A stretch of DNA of 64,000 bases from Cladosporium halotolerans (lineage: Eukaryota), in assembly GCF_011745625.1 (NCBI RefSeq), contig NW_027191464.1, positions 372,001 through 436,000 on the forward strand, written 5' to 3'. The notes under the pieces were generated by a model that was not told the DNA's origin, searched no databases, and saw only the letters and a program-made list of their open reading frames with translations. Below are positions 21,767-36,007 of the stretch, piece after piece (the first letter of the stretch is position 1; each line of letters opens with the position of its first letter). Both the position numbers and the translations under genes were made by a program.

Positions 21767-22433
21767 ATGGATAGATGATGGCATGACGGCGTTACAGGCG
21801 CTTGTCAAGGTGGAACATGGTTTGCCATGACGGAGGACTTGCCACGCCCCAGTGCAGCACGCGCAGAAATCCGCGGCGTACATGGGACGGAGGTGCGGCG
21901 TTTAGCGGAGCAACACTGCTCAAATGGTCATATACCCGAATGCAATCGTCGACCACCATTTCGACGAGCTCAATTCCTTTCAAGTCTGTGCTGTTTGTTG
22001 TCCGTGTGATATTCTGCTGTCCAAGTTCTTCCAATCATGTGCCTTGCATACAGCCACCTCGCAAATCGACCAGCAAAATGAGAGCAAATAATTCATTTCG
22101 AGGCTCGATCGCCGCGCATCACCGTAGGAGGCGCCAGCCTTCAAGCATTATTGTCACAAATCTGATCGTAAACACCTATTGCATTGTGATCGATCTTTTC
22201 CTTGGATGCTTAGTTTTATTTGAAGGTAGTTGCCAAAATTGTCGAGGTGGTCGTTCATTTCGACTCTGTTTCCATTGAGCACGTGACTTCGCGCTTGCTT
22301 CTGATGCGACCTCTCAAAGCTGCACGTCTCCCCGACATATATTAGGGTACCACACATGAGGCGCATCATCGGACTAGGAGCATCGCCAAACCACAGCATA
22401 CGTCGCAATCCTGTTCTTTACCATTTCTTCAGG

Positions 22434-23938
22434 ATGTCGACAAACCCTTTGAAGCGTGGCAATACAGCAGATCGCGACATCTCACCACCCGCCAAGCGCA
22501 AAGCAACCGCGACAACCACCAGTAAAGCTGCGGCGAACTTCTTCAAACCTGCGTCCCAGAAAGTCAAAGAACCCAAAGCCGTCACCTTTCAAATTCTCCA
22601 CGAAACCGTCCTCAAAGCTCAGCATGGCGACCCGGTGTCAGCAGTCGCAACGTTGCCACGCCCAGTCAAGATCGCCGCCTTCGACTTGGATGACACCATT
22701 ATAACTACCGCATCTGGCAACCGATTCGCCAAAAACGAGAGCGACTGGAAATGGTGGCATACTTCCGTACCCGCAAAGCTCAAGCAGCTACACGGCGAGG
22801 GTTTCGCGATCGCATTCATCAGCAACCAAGCGGCCGTGAGCCTGCGCTCTGATGCTAAGACGCCCAACGGCATGCGCAGCTTGAACAACTGGAAAGCGAA
22901 AGTCACTAATGTGCTTACGACGCTCGACCTGCCGATCACAGTCTTTGCTGCGACGGCGCACGACCTGTTCCGGAAGCCTAGGACGAGCATGTGGGAGGAG
23001 CTGGTCGCGGGCTACGGTCTTACAGGGGACGGAGAATTGGATCGCAGGGGTTGCGTGTTCGTCGGTGATGCGGCTGGACGAGCTGGAGATAAGGCGAAGA
23101 AAGTGAAGAAGGACCACTCATGCTCAGACCGAGACTTCGCTGCGAATGTCGGGATTGGATTTCAGACGCCGGAGGAGTTCTTCCTCAACGAAGAAACCAA
23201 GCCTTTCGAGCGGAAATTCAATCCCGGCGATTACCTTGACATTCCCCTCACTACGGACACCGAGGCCTCGCCCGTGGTTTTCACGAAAAAGAACGATGTG
23301 GAGCTCGTGCTGTTCTGTGGCAGCCCCGGCGCAGGGAAAAGCACGTTTTACTGGTCATACATGCAGCCGTTGGGGTACGAGCGCGTGAACCAGGACCTAC
23401 TTAAATCAAGAGACAAATGCATCAAGGTCGCAACCCAGCTGGTTGAGGACAAGCAATCCGTGGTAGTCGACAACACGAATGCTGATAAAGAAACGCGGGC
23501 TCTGTGGGTGAAACTGGGTGCGAAGCTCAACGTCCCGGTTCGTCTAGTGCACTTCACTGCGCCAGCTAAGCTCTGCGAGCACAACGACACAGTGCGGGCG
23601 TTGACGGGCAATTTGGTACGTGGCGGTAGCTTGTGCAGACTCCATCGCCCTGCGTTTCGTAGGCGCTTGCTGACACGCGGCCACAGATGAACCCCGAGTC
23701 CAGAGTCATGCTTCCAAAAATGGCATTCACAGGTTTTGCCTCGCGTTATCGTGAGCCCACAGCGGACGAAGGATTCCAGGACACCACAAAGGTCAACTTC
23801 CAGGTGAGTTGGCGCTCGTTGAGCTGGCGCACATGCACCGCCTCCACTGGTTTGCAGTGAGGGTCGCTGACACACGCATGGCAGTTCAACGGCACAGAGG
23901 CGCAAAGGGCCCAGTGGAGCAGGTACTGGATCGCATGA
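22434..23938 (+). CDS. PNK1: Polynucleotide kinase 3'-phosphatase. Exons 22434-23615, 23687-23803, 23885-23938
   Basis: HAD motif FDLDDT, RKP, FVGDAAGR and DHSCSDRDFA.N; kinase P-loop GSPGAGKST; RVNQD and VDNTN. The start is slightly uncertain. Confidence 0.92.
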
Positions 23939-26900
23939 AGTGGTGGCCTACACCACTCGACGCCTCGACTGCGAGGGCGCTCAGCCTCGGCTTCGCTTCT
24001 GCTTGCGGTCGGCAGCCAATATTGATGTGCCGCCTCGCTTAATTATTATTGATGAGCTGCCACCCCAAAGGAGTAGTGTTGATGCCCGCCAAGGCATCCT
24101 GCCACATGGGGGCGGCCCAACACGTGGAGCCCCATGGCGGCGACCTCGGCTCGGACTTCAGCCTGAGGCATGCTACGATAGGAGGATAGTCATTAATCAT
24201 CGAGTCTGTGTCCTCGGTGGGCGGTGGAAAGTGCAAGCGCAGAGGCCGAAGCCCTCGCTGTTCGTGCGTTGTCAAAGCGCCCGGCGGGGCAGCGCCGGGA
24301 CTGCAACCACAGCAGGACGCAGGTGTCGTCGGACATGCAGCCGGTTTCGCTGCAGTGACTCTAGAAGGGCCAGAAAAAGTTTTCGACGGGGCCAACCTGC
24401 CGTGACTTTGTGGCTTGAAGTGACTCTGGGGGACAGATGTCACTGTGCTCTGCACACGACAGGCCGGCGCGATACCCACAGTGCGCGCCCCAGGGCGAAA
24501 TTCAGCACTCGCTTTTTTCTCGGTGCGTTCACTCAGCCTAAGCGGTCAATGCAATTGTTCTAGACACAACGTCGAAGCCCGAGTCTTTCGAAATGTGACG
24601 TCGATGCACAGACTGATTGATTTGGTTTCTTCTGTGCGGTCACATCTGAGATCGATCGTACCCAGGAGCCTTGCTACGTGTGCGCAGTCCTACCGGCATT
24701 CCCAGCCACCGGTCCTTCGCCGCCCACCAGTAGCAGCAAAGCTTTCATCGAAGTATTTCAGTACCTGTTCATGCAGGTCAGACGTTTCTCGTTCCTGCAG
24801 CCCGACCAGCGGTTGAAACGCCGTGGCTCCTTCCTACCCACAGAACCGCGAGCGCGCTATCACAAATGACATAAGACCAGGCCACCCTGGACATGTTCTT
24901 CATATGGCATCGATCCGGCCGAGGGGAGGGAGGGCGCGGAGACTTTGCATGGAGAGTCCGACGATTTCGACGTCAATACCCAGGACGTTTCCCGCTCTCC
25001 GCAAGGCCCTTTTGACGCGCGTCTGGGTCTGGACCGCAAGAGGAGCGCGAATTCCCACACTATTCCATCATGCCAAACTTTTCGGTCTTAGGCCCGCGTG
25101 ACGGCTGTGCAGCCCCGCTCGGACTTCAAAAACTTATTCTGTCCCCGTCTCTCGTTGGGCAAGCGGCGTCGGCCGCCCGAGCCTGGGCAAACGTTCCGTC
25201 TTTGTGGAAGAGTGCCAAAAGTATGTGTCCCACTGTGACGGCATCACCTTCAGCACAACGGGTTCTGGCACACCCCGTAGGTCAGCCACGTGTGGGAGTA
25301 GGCGAATGTCTCATAGCTAAAAAGGGTGTGGACGAGTAGAATGCAAGGACGTCCTGTATAAACATGTAGATCGCAGCCTTTGCCTTTAGCGGCGAGAACA
25401 AGAACTGCAAGCATGTCGGCTTTGAGATGGAGGGTGGCCGGGAGTTGAAAGTACGTGTGGCACCTCTGGTGTGGCAGCCCGACGCCCTCTGCAAGCCCTG
25501 GAATCTGCAGCCGGCTTGGATCTGTACGCGAAAGGGTTGCCGCTCAAGACCGCTCGTACCAAGGTCGATGCCACGAGCAAGGGACTGTTGCAGTCAGATG
25601 ACAAGCGATTGTCCATGGTCGCACACGGCGCCTGTACAAACGGTTGTCTGCGCAGAAGGCGCTGTCAAATCACAACGGCTTGTTTGACGGCGAAGCTCGC
25701 TGCAAGAACGTTTGGCGGGCGCCCGCGTGGTTGCAACGATGCTGCCGACGGCGGGCGCCACCGAAAAGGAAGGCAGCTGCAGACGAACACTTTTGCCGGA
25801 GAGTCTGGCGCATGGCGTTCTGTCGTTCTGCATGCTTTGGAACCTCCACCACTCCTGCGAGTCCTGCCACAGCCCGGACGGCGTTTGTGGGCCCTCGGAC
25901 ACGTCGTGATTGGCTCAATGCGTCCGCAACAATGGGGTCCCTCGCCTGTCGAGGGTCGAAGACAAGAAACCTGTCGTCGGGCCTTTGACCGCGGCTACTG
26001 TGCCGCATGGCAGGCATTGCACTGCGAGGGCCGCAGGAACAGGGCAAAATTCGCTGGCGCAATGGGGGGCGTCGGTACTGTACTGTCCCAAGGAGCGTCA
26101 CACGTACCAGTCAGGCTCCAGGCGCAAACCGAGTTCCTGGGAGCGCCTTGTGTTTCGAGCTGCCGATCAGATGGGCCGCTTGCTGGCAGACAGGCTGTGC
26201 TGGCGTCTGCGCCAGAGCCCAGACGCCCGGCATGTGATGGCAACGGGCGGCAGAGCGGAGCACGCTGCTGCAGGCAATCTATCCTCGCGACGCGGCATGC
26301 TTTTCCCGCCGCGATATGCGTGCGCTGCCCTGTCCGGCGGTCCAGCAGAGCAGGTGAGGCACATCCCGATGACAGGCACTCAGGCCTTTAGGCTTCGGCT
26401 CGTTGGCTGGGATTTAGCCCCGGCGCGGCGTCCGCTCTAGTGCCAGGCACCGTTCCAAGCGTCAACCGTTGCCTTTCCGCAGACGCTAGACCTGCACGAT
26501 TGTACACAAAGCTTTGCGCCTGCCCACCGACTCGCGCGGATTAGACCGTCATTCCCGTCGCTAAAGGCCGCCGTTGGCAACCCGCACTATTGCCCATCAG
26601 CGATCCCTCTCTCGACCTGGACGCCCAGTTTCGCGCCTAATACTTGCCCTCACCACTACCACTGCCACGCGCCGTTGTTCTTCCCGAACCAGACACTTGC
26701 AGGTCCAGATCCTTCGTTTCACCTGGACACTTTTGCTGCGCTTCTGCTACCCGCTGCACGAATCGAGCCGACCGACGTGTGTCTCGCGCACAACTTATGC
26801 CAGCTCAGTGATTGCACCTCGGCTTGAAGTCCTCGTGTGACCTTGAAACACTCGCCAGAGCCACGGAGCTACAAGCGAACGCGCGTGCATGTTCCGCAAT

Positions 26901-26974
26901 TGTCCTTTGTTCTCGACGATGCCTGGTTTGTCTCGCTGATCTGGACTTGAACCGAGGAGTCGTCGGCCTACAAC

Positions 26975-28602
26975 ATGAGCAGGATACGCTCGTTCTCCCT
27001 GCCGAAAATCGGTTCGTCGAGGAAGCAGGACGACGCGATGTCTGCAGTTGTATCCCCCTACCAATCTGGAACATCACATTCGCGCGAATCTTCTGGAGCG
27101 TCCACCTCGTCTACCCCGGTTACACCAACTTTTTCAAACCGCAGTCATGGCCTTTGGCACAACTCGAATTCTTCGTTTGGAACGACACCGGAGTCACCAG
27201 TGAATCTCACCAAATCACCGCTGCACGATTTGCCCGAGGATCCAGAGGAGAGAGACGATGATTCGTTCGATTTCCTCAGAGACAGCCAAGACGGTTCTGA
27301 GATCCAAGACGACGATGGCCCACTTTGCATATGTACGTTCTTTCGCCCATCAATTGATCGCTCACGCTGACAAATTAACCAGGTGACACGCCATTCTGTG
27401 TGCATCAGAACAGCCAAGAACAGCTTTCATCTACAGTGTCGCCAGTGCCAGAGTGGACCCCTGGCGATGACTATGACCTTTCAGCGCAACACTCTTTCAA
27501 GCGGCAAAGGTCTAAGGAGCGGAGCACCGAATCATTGGCATCGCGAATGAGTCGAAGATTCCCGTCCATGTCGAAACGCTGGAAAGACCAGCCTTCAACT
27601 CAGGTCACAAAAGCCTCGGTCAGAAGCGCACCCGCGTCGCGTACGCCCTCGTTGCGCCTTGGAAACCGCAAGCACACTTTTGGCAGCCAGAGCGAGTCTC
27701 GTACGCCCCCTTTCAGTCCAGTAGACGCCATCCAGCAACCATCGGACTCGGCTCGCACGTCGAAAGTGATTCCAGCGCCGATTGAAATTCCTGGAACTGA
27801 GGTTGAAGACCCAGTCGACTACCGCGAGCTTGCTTCGACGCCTCTTCTTCCCCCAACGATGGACTCAAACCACAACTCCCAGCGCGATAAGATCCAGTCG
27901 CCTCTCCAGTCGCCTAAGATCGCCGAACCGGCTGACGGAACCTTCGCCAACCACCCAAGGTCCACGCCCAACTTACCTTACATTCCTACTCCTCCTTTGT
28001 CAACTAAGGCATCGATCGCATCGTTCCACAGAGCTGGTTCCGATATGAGTGGTTTTGCGTCCGATGTACCGCCCATGCCCCTGAGTGACGACAACGACCC
28101 GTGGGCCGCTAAGCTCGGTCATGCCAACTTCCAGATCATGCCAGAGCCCTACTTCCCAGACCAATGCAACATCAAGTCTTGTCAGCATTTGCGTGACGAC
28201 TGGGAGACTGCGCGCAAAGACTACATGCGTCAAGCGGCTCCCATCAGCGAGCACTATGGACCTACGTCCCGCACCTTCAAGCTCACCGAGCGAAAGTGGG
28301 CAGAGATTGATGCTGTGTGGCGGGCAAACTATGAGCTTGCCAAAGCTCAGGCGGGCAGTCCTCGAGAGAGCCCAGAATGTCAACCGCTTCCCGAAACAAC
28401 TCCGTTGCCCAAGATGACAGCTCTTCCCAATGATCCAGAGCAGCCATCCAAGTTCCCCAAGATCGACGAATCAGACATCGTCGGTCCAATGGTCCAGTAC
28501 GCCCGGGTCCAGCGGCAACCAACCAGACGGCCGAGCTTCCTTCGGCTCTTCACCGACCCAGCGTCGCTGCTCGGCCGTTCGACATTCAGCATGCGTCGTT
28601 GA
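26975..28602 (+). CDS. Ser/Pro-rich hypothetical protein of a type conserved in Pezizomycotina. Exons 26975-27332 and 27383-28602
   Basis: The intron 27333-27382 (GTACGT..GCTGAC..CAG) joins two ORFs into LCIC|DTPFCVH. The C-terminal block reads STPLLPP, DPWAAKLGHANF.I.PEPY.P, EHYGPTS, DIVGPM. Confidence 0.8.
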
Positions 28603-29947
28603 GCCCTTTCGGGCCTTGTGCATTCTCTTTTGTGTTTTTTTCTTCAGCATACACCATGTTACCACGATAATGACTTATGATCTCACGGCAAAAGCGCGTA
28701 GAGTCGCCAGCGTGAGCGCTCCGCCAGCTGCATTTCTGTCTTTGTATCGGAATGCTTCTTCAATGTCAGCGAGGCGCTCTCTGGAGCGGCGGAAACGGAT
28801 TCGGAAAAAGGAAAAAATGTTTGGGTTAAGGGGAAAAAAGGAGTCCGACAAAAAGTGAAGGCACTGAATCCAAGGACAGGGGACAGGATCTTGTAGGAAA
28901 CCGGCGCTTGAAGGGTTCGGTTGGGAAAAGGCGCAGTGATGCCATCCCGCTTCCAGGTGGTTCGACGGAGAGCCCGGCACCCTGTATCTCTTTTCTTTTG
29001 TTGTGGATGGGGTTTAGGCTCGTCAGATACCCTTCTGAGCGCTGCGCAAGACAGCTCTTGCGTGGAACAACTGTACAGTTAGCGGTACCTTGACACTGTG
29101 AACAAGTACCATTACCGCAAATTTGCGTCATCGTCTTATGAGGTCTGTGGCTACAATCGCGTCGTGACTTCTATGAGAATGGCGGTTTGCTTGCAATCAG
29201 AAGTGCCGACCTCGTCTGTGTGTTGCGAGGCTCTTGCAACCTTAGACGGTATGTGAATGGCTTGGTATAGTGTTCTGAGGGGTATCTAGGAGATTACATT
29301 CGGCCTTTGGCTGTTATTGCTAGATACACGTTACACTAAGTATTGGCCTCCCTGCACTTCGCAATGGCTTGCAAGTGGTGGTGTCGGCGGTGAAACGTAT
29401 ATTCGCGCATGTCCATGCACGCGTAGGTGGGTGTATGCCACAAGCAAGTCTGGGTGAGGTAATGTGCTGAGTCTACATCAACACACAGTGATAGATCAGG
29501 TGAGGGCAGGATTGCCAGCAGGCATCGGATAGAAGGAGCGTGCCAGAATCGCTCCTTCCTCTCGCATGTCCCAAGCACCAGCCCAGTTGGCCTGCGTGCA
29601 TCAACATATGCATAGCCTCGGGCAGAAGTATCAATGGTGATGCTCAGAAATCGTGCGTCGTTCGAGAGAAGTGGTTACATTATTTTCATTTGCTTGCTTC
29701 TTCTACTGCCACAAAGCGCCCTATGCGGAATGCACAGCATCTGGATGTTGGCGGCGGCTTTACTGCAAGGTCGCACGATTATCCACGGAGATAGATTGAT
29801 GGAAGGTCTGACAATTCTTCGAAGAAGATCGCTTGTTCACATTTCAGCATCGTACGCGGCGCCCGCTAGGCCCCTAGGCCTTGCCGCTCGGAGCAATGTA
29901 TCAAGAGCCCATGACAGAAACGCCTTCGTCCATGCACTCTTGTTCCT

Positions 29948-30569
<622 letters not shown>

Positions 30570-31250
30570 GGTTGCTGCACAGTATCGTCAGTATTGTGGT
30601 CCTTGGTATTTCGGTCTGTTGGTGGCGCGGAGTGGTGCGAAATCTCGGATTGCGGCGTGCGGGAGACGGCGTGCGTGGTTCGGTCTCGGCCAAGAGAAAT
30701 CGTAGGGTTCCAAAGTGCGCTGGTGCTGGTGGTATGGGGAGACCTACCGGTATTGCGATGTGTCGATGGGTCGTCGTGAGGGTCGCTTCGTCCAGTCGCC
30801 TAGAGAGATTTGCTCGAAGTCCTGGAGGCGCTTTGCGGCGGTGGGCGAATTTGGTCGTTCTTGGCACTGGGTGTCTTGCCTAAGGCTGCCACGCGGGCCA
30901 CTTTCGCGCTAGGCCCGAAGAGGGTCCGACGCTCTCCTCTCGCTTAAGGACGTCTCGCGCGATATACATACCTAGGTAACATTCTTCGTCTTGACGTTTT
31001 ATGATGGGTAATGTTCGAACCACAGCTATTGCAATGACAGCTCACTGCCCTCGCTCACCGCAAGTCACTGCAATGATCCCTTCTCTGTGGCGACAGACGG
31101 GATGCACGGTTTGCTGACTCGTTATAAATTTCAACTCAATATTAATATCATGTCTGTACATACATGAGATGTGTTACTGATGATCATGCAAATCTGATAT
31201 ATACAGCTATGCAAGTCTCCGCGAGCAACTCGCCTTGCTCCTCCGCTACT

Positions 31251-33089
31251 CTACAGCAGATACCTGTATTCCGGATTCAGATCACCCATATCCGCTTTTT
31301 GCGCCTCCGAGAGATTCAAGTCGGTAGGAGATCTGTTCCGATTCCGGTTCTCCTTGATGCACGACAAGCCGTACAGGATGGATGCGATCATGGCCAGGAT
31401 CGTGAAAGCGATGCAGATACTGTATCCCGTCTTGTATCCCGGCGCATCCGAAGGGAAGAACGCAAAAACCGCGATGATGCCGCCGATGTTGCCGAACGAG
31501 ACCTGCCACGCCGAACAAACAGATCGCCTCACATGTCCTCCTATGTTCATATTAAACCAGCAAACCATGAACGGCATTGTGCTGTAACATCCCATTGCCA
31601 CCAGGAACAGTGCGGCGTACTGTACGTCGGTGTTGTTTTGGACCGTAATAAGGATTGCAAATGCTGAGATCGCGATGCAAATGCCGCCAATGATAAAGGC
31701 AAAACGGTGTCTGCTCATGTCTGAGAAAGTAGCCGTGATCATGGACCAAGCGAATGCCGCAGCCCAAGGTGGAACGGAGTGCAGCTGAGTTTGGATGGGC
31801 GTGTATCCAAAACCGCGGATAATCGTGGGCGAGAAGTAGGCGTAGCTGTATGCGGGCACGATCAAGCCGAAATACATAACGCCTGCCACGAGGACGCGGA
31901 ACTCGCTCAGGATCTTGGCGATGCCCTTCAAAGAGACCTTGGAGTGGCGCGCCGAATCGCCCACATCAACGCGGAGACGCGCGGCAACGAACGCTTTTTC
32001 GGATGGTTTCAGCCACTTAGCTTCCTCAGGAAAGTCGGAGAGGCAGAAGAAGACGAGCGAGGCCATAGCGACTGTGAATCCTCCTTCGATGATGAACAGC
32101 TGGGGAGCGGTCAGTACAATGGCAACTGGATGGCGCACGCTCGACACTTACCCATCGCCATCCCTCATAACCACGCATACCGTCCATCTTTCCGATACCA
32201 GCAGCGATGAGTCCACCGAAACCACCTGCAAGCGTTGTCGAGGAGAAAAAGAAAGAGAATCTCTTCTGCGCTTCTTGTCGCTTGTACCACATTCCAATGA
32301 GGTAGAAGCACCCAGGGAACATGCCAGCCTCTACATCATCAATGTCAGTACTAGTCCTCTGCTTCGCAGAAAAGATGTCGTGCAAGATTGTGAGGGAGAC
32401 GTGGCGACGTCCCCAACAGGAACTTACCAAACACGCCCAAGAAGAAGCGGGTTGCCAACAGACCCGCATAGCTCTTGACTAGACCCTGCATGATCGTAAC
32501 AAAACCGAACATGACCATATTCCCGGCGAGCCACACGTGCGGTGTAAACTTCTTCATGAGCACATTTGCTGGAATTTCAAACAGGATCTAAACATGTCAG
32601 TCGCAAAATCACGCGCTTGCTCAGTCGGATGTAATGCGGACGTACGTACTATTAACACGTTAGCAGGTATTACTTGAGCTTTCCAATGGGTCTGATCACA
32701 CGCACAGGAACGAAGAAAATCACGAGAGCAGTGTTGTACTGGAGCTTGACAAGCCCGAGATCCTCGGACATGCCGAAGACATTGGCGTTCGAGATATTGA
32801 CTCTGTAAGGACGTGAGCTTTGAACAAAAATCTCTCAGGATCATAGACCATACCTGTCCAGGAAAGCTAGCCAATATAATAAGACCAAGAACGGAATCAC
32901 ATGAAGGTCAATGCGTGCCAGCAGCTTTCTCTCCGTCGTGTGGGGCGGACATTGGGCGACGTCTTGTTCGTACGCAGGTTCTCCAACGACAGCCTCGCTT
33001 GCTCCTGGGTAGTTTTGAGGATAGTGAATCTCATTCTTCTCAGCAGAAGAGGTCGACCCCTTCTCGTTCCTGCTGAATCCCCAAGCCAT
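31251..33089 (-). CDS. MFS transporter, Dal5/Tna1 (allantoate/nicotinate permease) type. Exons 33089-32854, 32802-32706, 32648-32646, 32587-32428, 32330-32152, 32099-31251
   Basis: ERKLLARIDL, FLDRVNISNA, FEIPAN, RFFLGVFEAG, WYKRQE, GWRWLFIIEG. Splice sites were checked for frame. Confidence 0.9.
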
Positions 33090-34292
33090 TTTGCCTGCCT
33101 CCAATCGGTACTCGTAACGATCAGCCGGAGCTCCACCAGCGATATTGACAACTCGAAGTTTCTTGGGGTTGAAGATGGATGGTAGGACACAGCGATGGAC
33201 GCAGAAACTATATCTGAGATAACGCGCTGACTCGACGTGGCTTATTGCGAATGACACACCCCGGTGTAACGGCGGTATGGTCCAGTGAGAGGCCCTCCAC
33301 GGTGGGCCTCCCCGCATTCTGGAGGCGGAGGGTTCGCTTGCTGGCTTGCCAGTGGCTTGCCAAGGCGCGCGAACACCTCGGTGAGCAATCTTCCGTACCG
33401 ATCTCGGTGATCCTCGACCTCAGCGACCGCGGCTCAGAGTTCCGCAGTTGAGGGCGGAGTTCGGCGACGGCAATTTTCTCTCGAGGCCTCGCAGGTGACG
33501 ACTGCTCACCAGTGTGCACCTCAGCCCAGACCGCGTCGAGAATGGATCCAGCAAGCCTGCTTGTCCAACCAACATTTACTGGCGCTGAGAACAATGTTCA
33601 CGGACCCTCACTGGCATGTTCAATCGCTTGCTCTTACGCTTTTCGAAGACGTTAGCGAACGAGGTGGCAATTAGAGTTTATGGAACCACAAGTGAGGTAT
33701 CATTTCCACGAATTTAAGCCGTGATAAACACGCCCGGTCGGGAACAAGAAGTGTTACGACAAAGGATCTAGGTAGTTATGAGCTAATGAAATATCTTGGA
33801 TTACGATTGTGACGCGTCGGATCACGCGCATTCCACTTTTGTGCGGCAGCTTGTCAGAAGCTATTCGAGCGATTCTGGGACGCAATGTATTTGATGATAC
33901 TTCATACTGGTCAGTCGATACTTGATCTCCGCTACGCGTATTGTCCAATTTCTTGCAGCGTTTGAAAGAAGATGCGTGCATTTCTGCCAACCGACCGGCC
34001 CCAACGGAGTGCTAGAAGTCGTACAGAAGAAAGCGAGGCGCGAAAAAGCAATATCCCGGAGCAGACTTCTATTCAGTGCGAGATGAACGAACGGCACCAA
34101 TTTGTGACTGAAGCACACCTTGCTTGCTCCTCAAAAACGATAGCACTAGAAAGAGGTAGAAGCACATCACTCCGAAGGCCAACGGTGCAAATAGAATGCG
34201 GTTTTGCAGTGCAGGATAGCAATGGTCTTAAACGAGACTTGCTCAATCTCATTGCGTCAGCCGACCAAAGGTTCAGCCATTTCTTCGTAGGC

Positions 34293-35159
34293 TCAAGCAG
34301 GAGTGCCATCCAGCCCCTTGGCGACATCCGCCACCTCAGCCGCGGTCTGCGCAACCTTTTCGCTCTCGACTTCCTTCTCCTCGCCCTCCACAGCCCTCTC
34401 CTCGGCTTTCTCCAGTCCCTGGTCGACCTCACCGCCACCCTCTGCCTTCACAACACCCTTTACGACTTCGACGGTCGCGGCAGGTCCGCCAGCCTCAACA
34501 GCTAGGATTTTGCCATCCTTGTTGACGACAAACACGCCTCTCTGGGTTCCTTTCGGCGCCTTCTTGAAACCAATGGCTTTGATCAAGCTAGCGCTCGGAT
34601 CGCACAGCAGAGGATAAGGCAGGTTCTGCTTGGTTTTGAAAGTCGTATTCGCCTTCGGGCTGTCATTGCTGAGGCCGTAGATGGCGAGGCCGGTTGCTGT
34701 GAGTGGCGCATAGGAGTCCCTGAAGAGGCAGGCTTGGGTGGTGCAGCCACTGTGAAGGTCGCGTGTTAGTCCAATGATTGAGACGACTATCATTGATGGG
34801 GAGTCTTACGGAGTGCTCGCTTTTGGGTATGTGAAAAGCACTACGCCCTTCTTACTGCTCTGCACGAGCTGCGCGAGCGTGACTTTTTCCCCGTCGTTCG
34901 TCTCGATTTCGCCACCGAACCCCTCGAGCTCGATCGTCTCGCCTTGCTTGGGCGGTGTTGAAGCGCCAGAAGAGGTCTTCGCCGCTGTCTCTGCGACGGT
35001 CTCTTTGGCAGCAGCCTCAACTTCGGCAGCGGCTGATTCCTCAATGGCTGGCTCCTCGGCCGCTGGAGCATCTTTCTTCGCTTTGCCCTTGGGCGCAGCC
35101 TTCTTCTTCGCAGGAGGCGGGGCAGGCGGTGGTGCGGGACGTTTGCGAAGCTCCACCAT
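34293..35159 (-). CDS. DOT5: BCP/PrxQ-type peroxiredoxin with a basic N-terminal extension. Exons 35159-34810 and 34749-34293
   Basis: Spliced active site YPKASTP|GCTTQAC.FRD, plus GLSND and LPYPLLCDP. Confidence 0.92.
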
Positions 35160-36007
35160 ATCGTTGATGCGCGTGACGAAGTGCTTGGTCGCTGATACGC
35201 TCAAAGTCGGTGACAGGAAACACGCGAAGAAACAGATGGCAAGATAAAGCGCTTTTGGACAGCCGTTCCGTGTACGTTGGCTGGTTGAATGTACAGGAAA
35301 GAGGAAGGGAAGGACTTATGGCGCGATTGGAAATAAGAAGCAGGTGCGGTCGCATGGGTGCGCCACGCCGCGACGGCAAGCTCGCTCGCTCGCGATCATC
35401 GCAACAATGCACGTGTGGAGCTGGAGCTGGAGCTATGGGGCGCTTAACCGGCGGGGTCGATTTAGGCCGATGCCATTGCGGGCCGCCGGAAGGGACGGAG
35501 CGGTCCGTGTGGACCTGAAAGCACGCGATGTCGAGGGCTCATCATCACTTTGGAAGGAGGAGGCTTCTGGCTATTTTGACGCAGCACGTCAATACTTCCA
35601 AACCGACGAGTCTGAAGCAACTACTATCTGTAGCTGCTTTCCAACTCAAGCCCGCTTGCGTTCAAGCAAACTGGCAGGAAAACTGTGGGAATCATAATGG
35701 CATTGTGATGGATCGAAACAAAGCATTGGACTACAGGCAGGTCCAGCTCCTTTCTAGTTGATACGTCGAACAGATAACGCAACGCGTACGTCTGCTTCAA
35801 AAGCTTGATCATATATGGCTGGCGGGAATATTTACAACCAACGCAGGTAATTTCATATCTGTCTCTGAACTCAAGCTAATCACATCTCTGATGAACAAAG
35901 GAAATTCTCTCACAGCATCCCTCACACTTCCCAATTTAGGTTTGCGATGCGCATTTTGAAGCTTTTCGTCGACACCAATTTCCATCCAGATCAACTCTCC
36001 ATAAGGC

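Noticed and set aside
25471..26391. 306-aa ORF
   Set aside because: GTG start, Arg/Ala/Gly-rich composition typical of GC-rich non-coding DNA, no motif and no codon bias.
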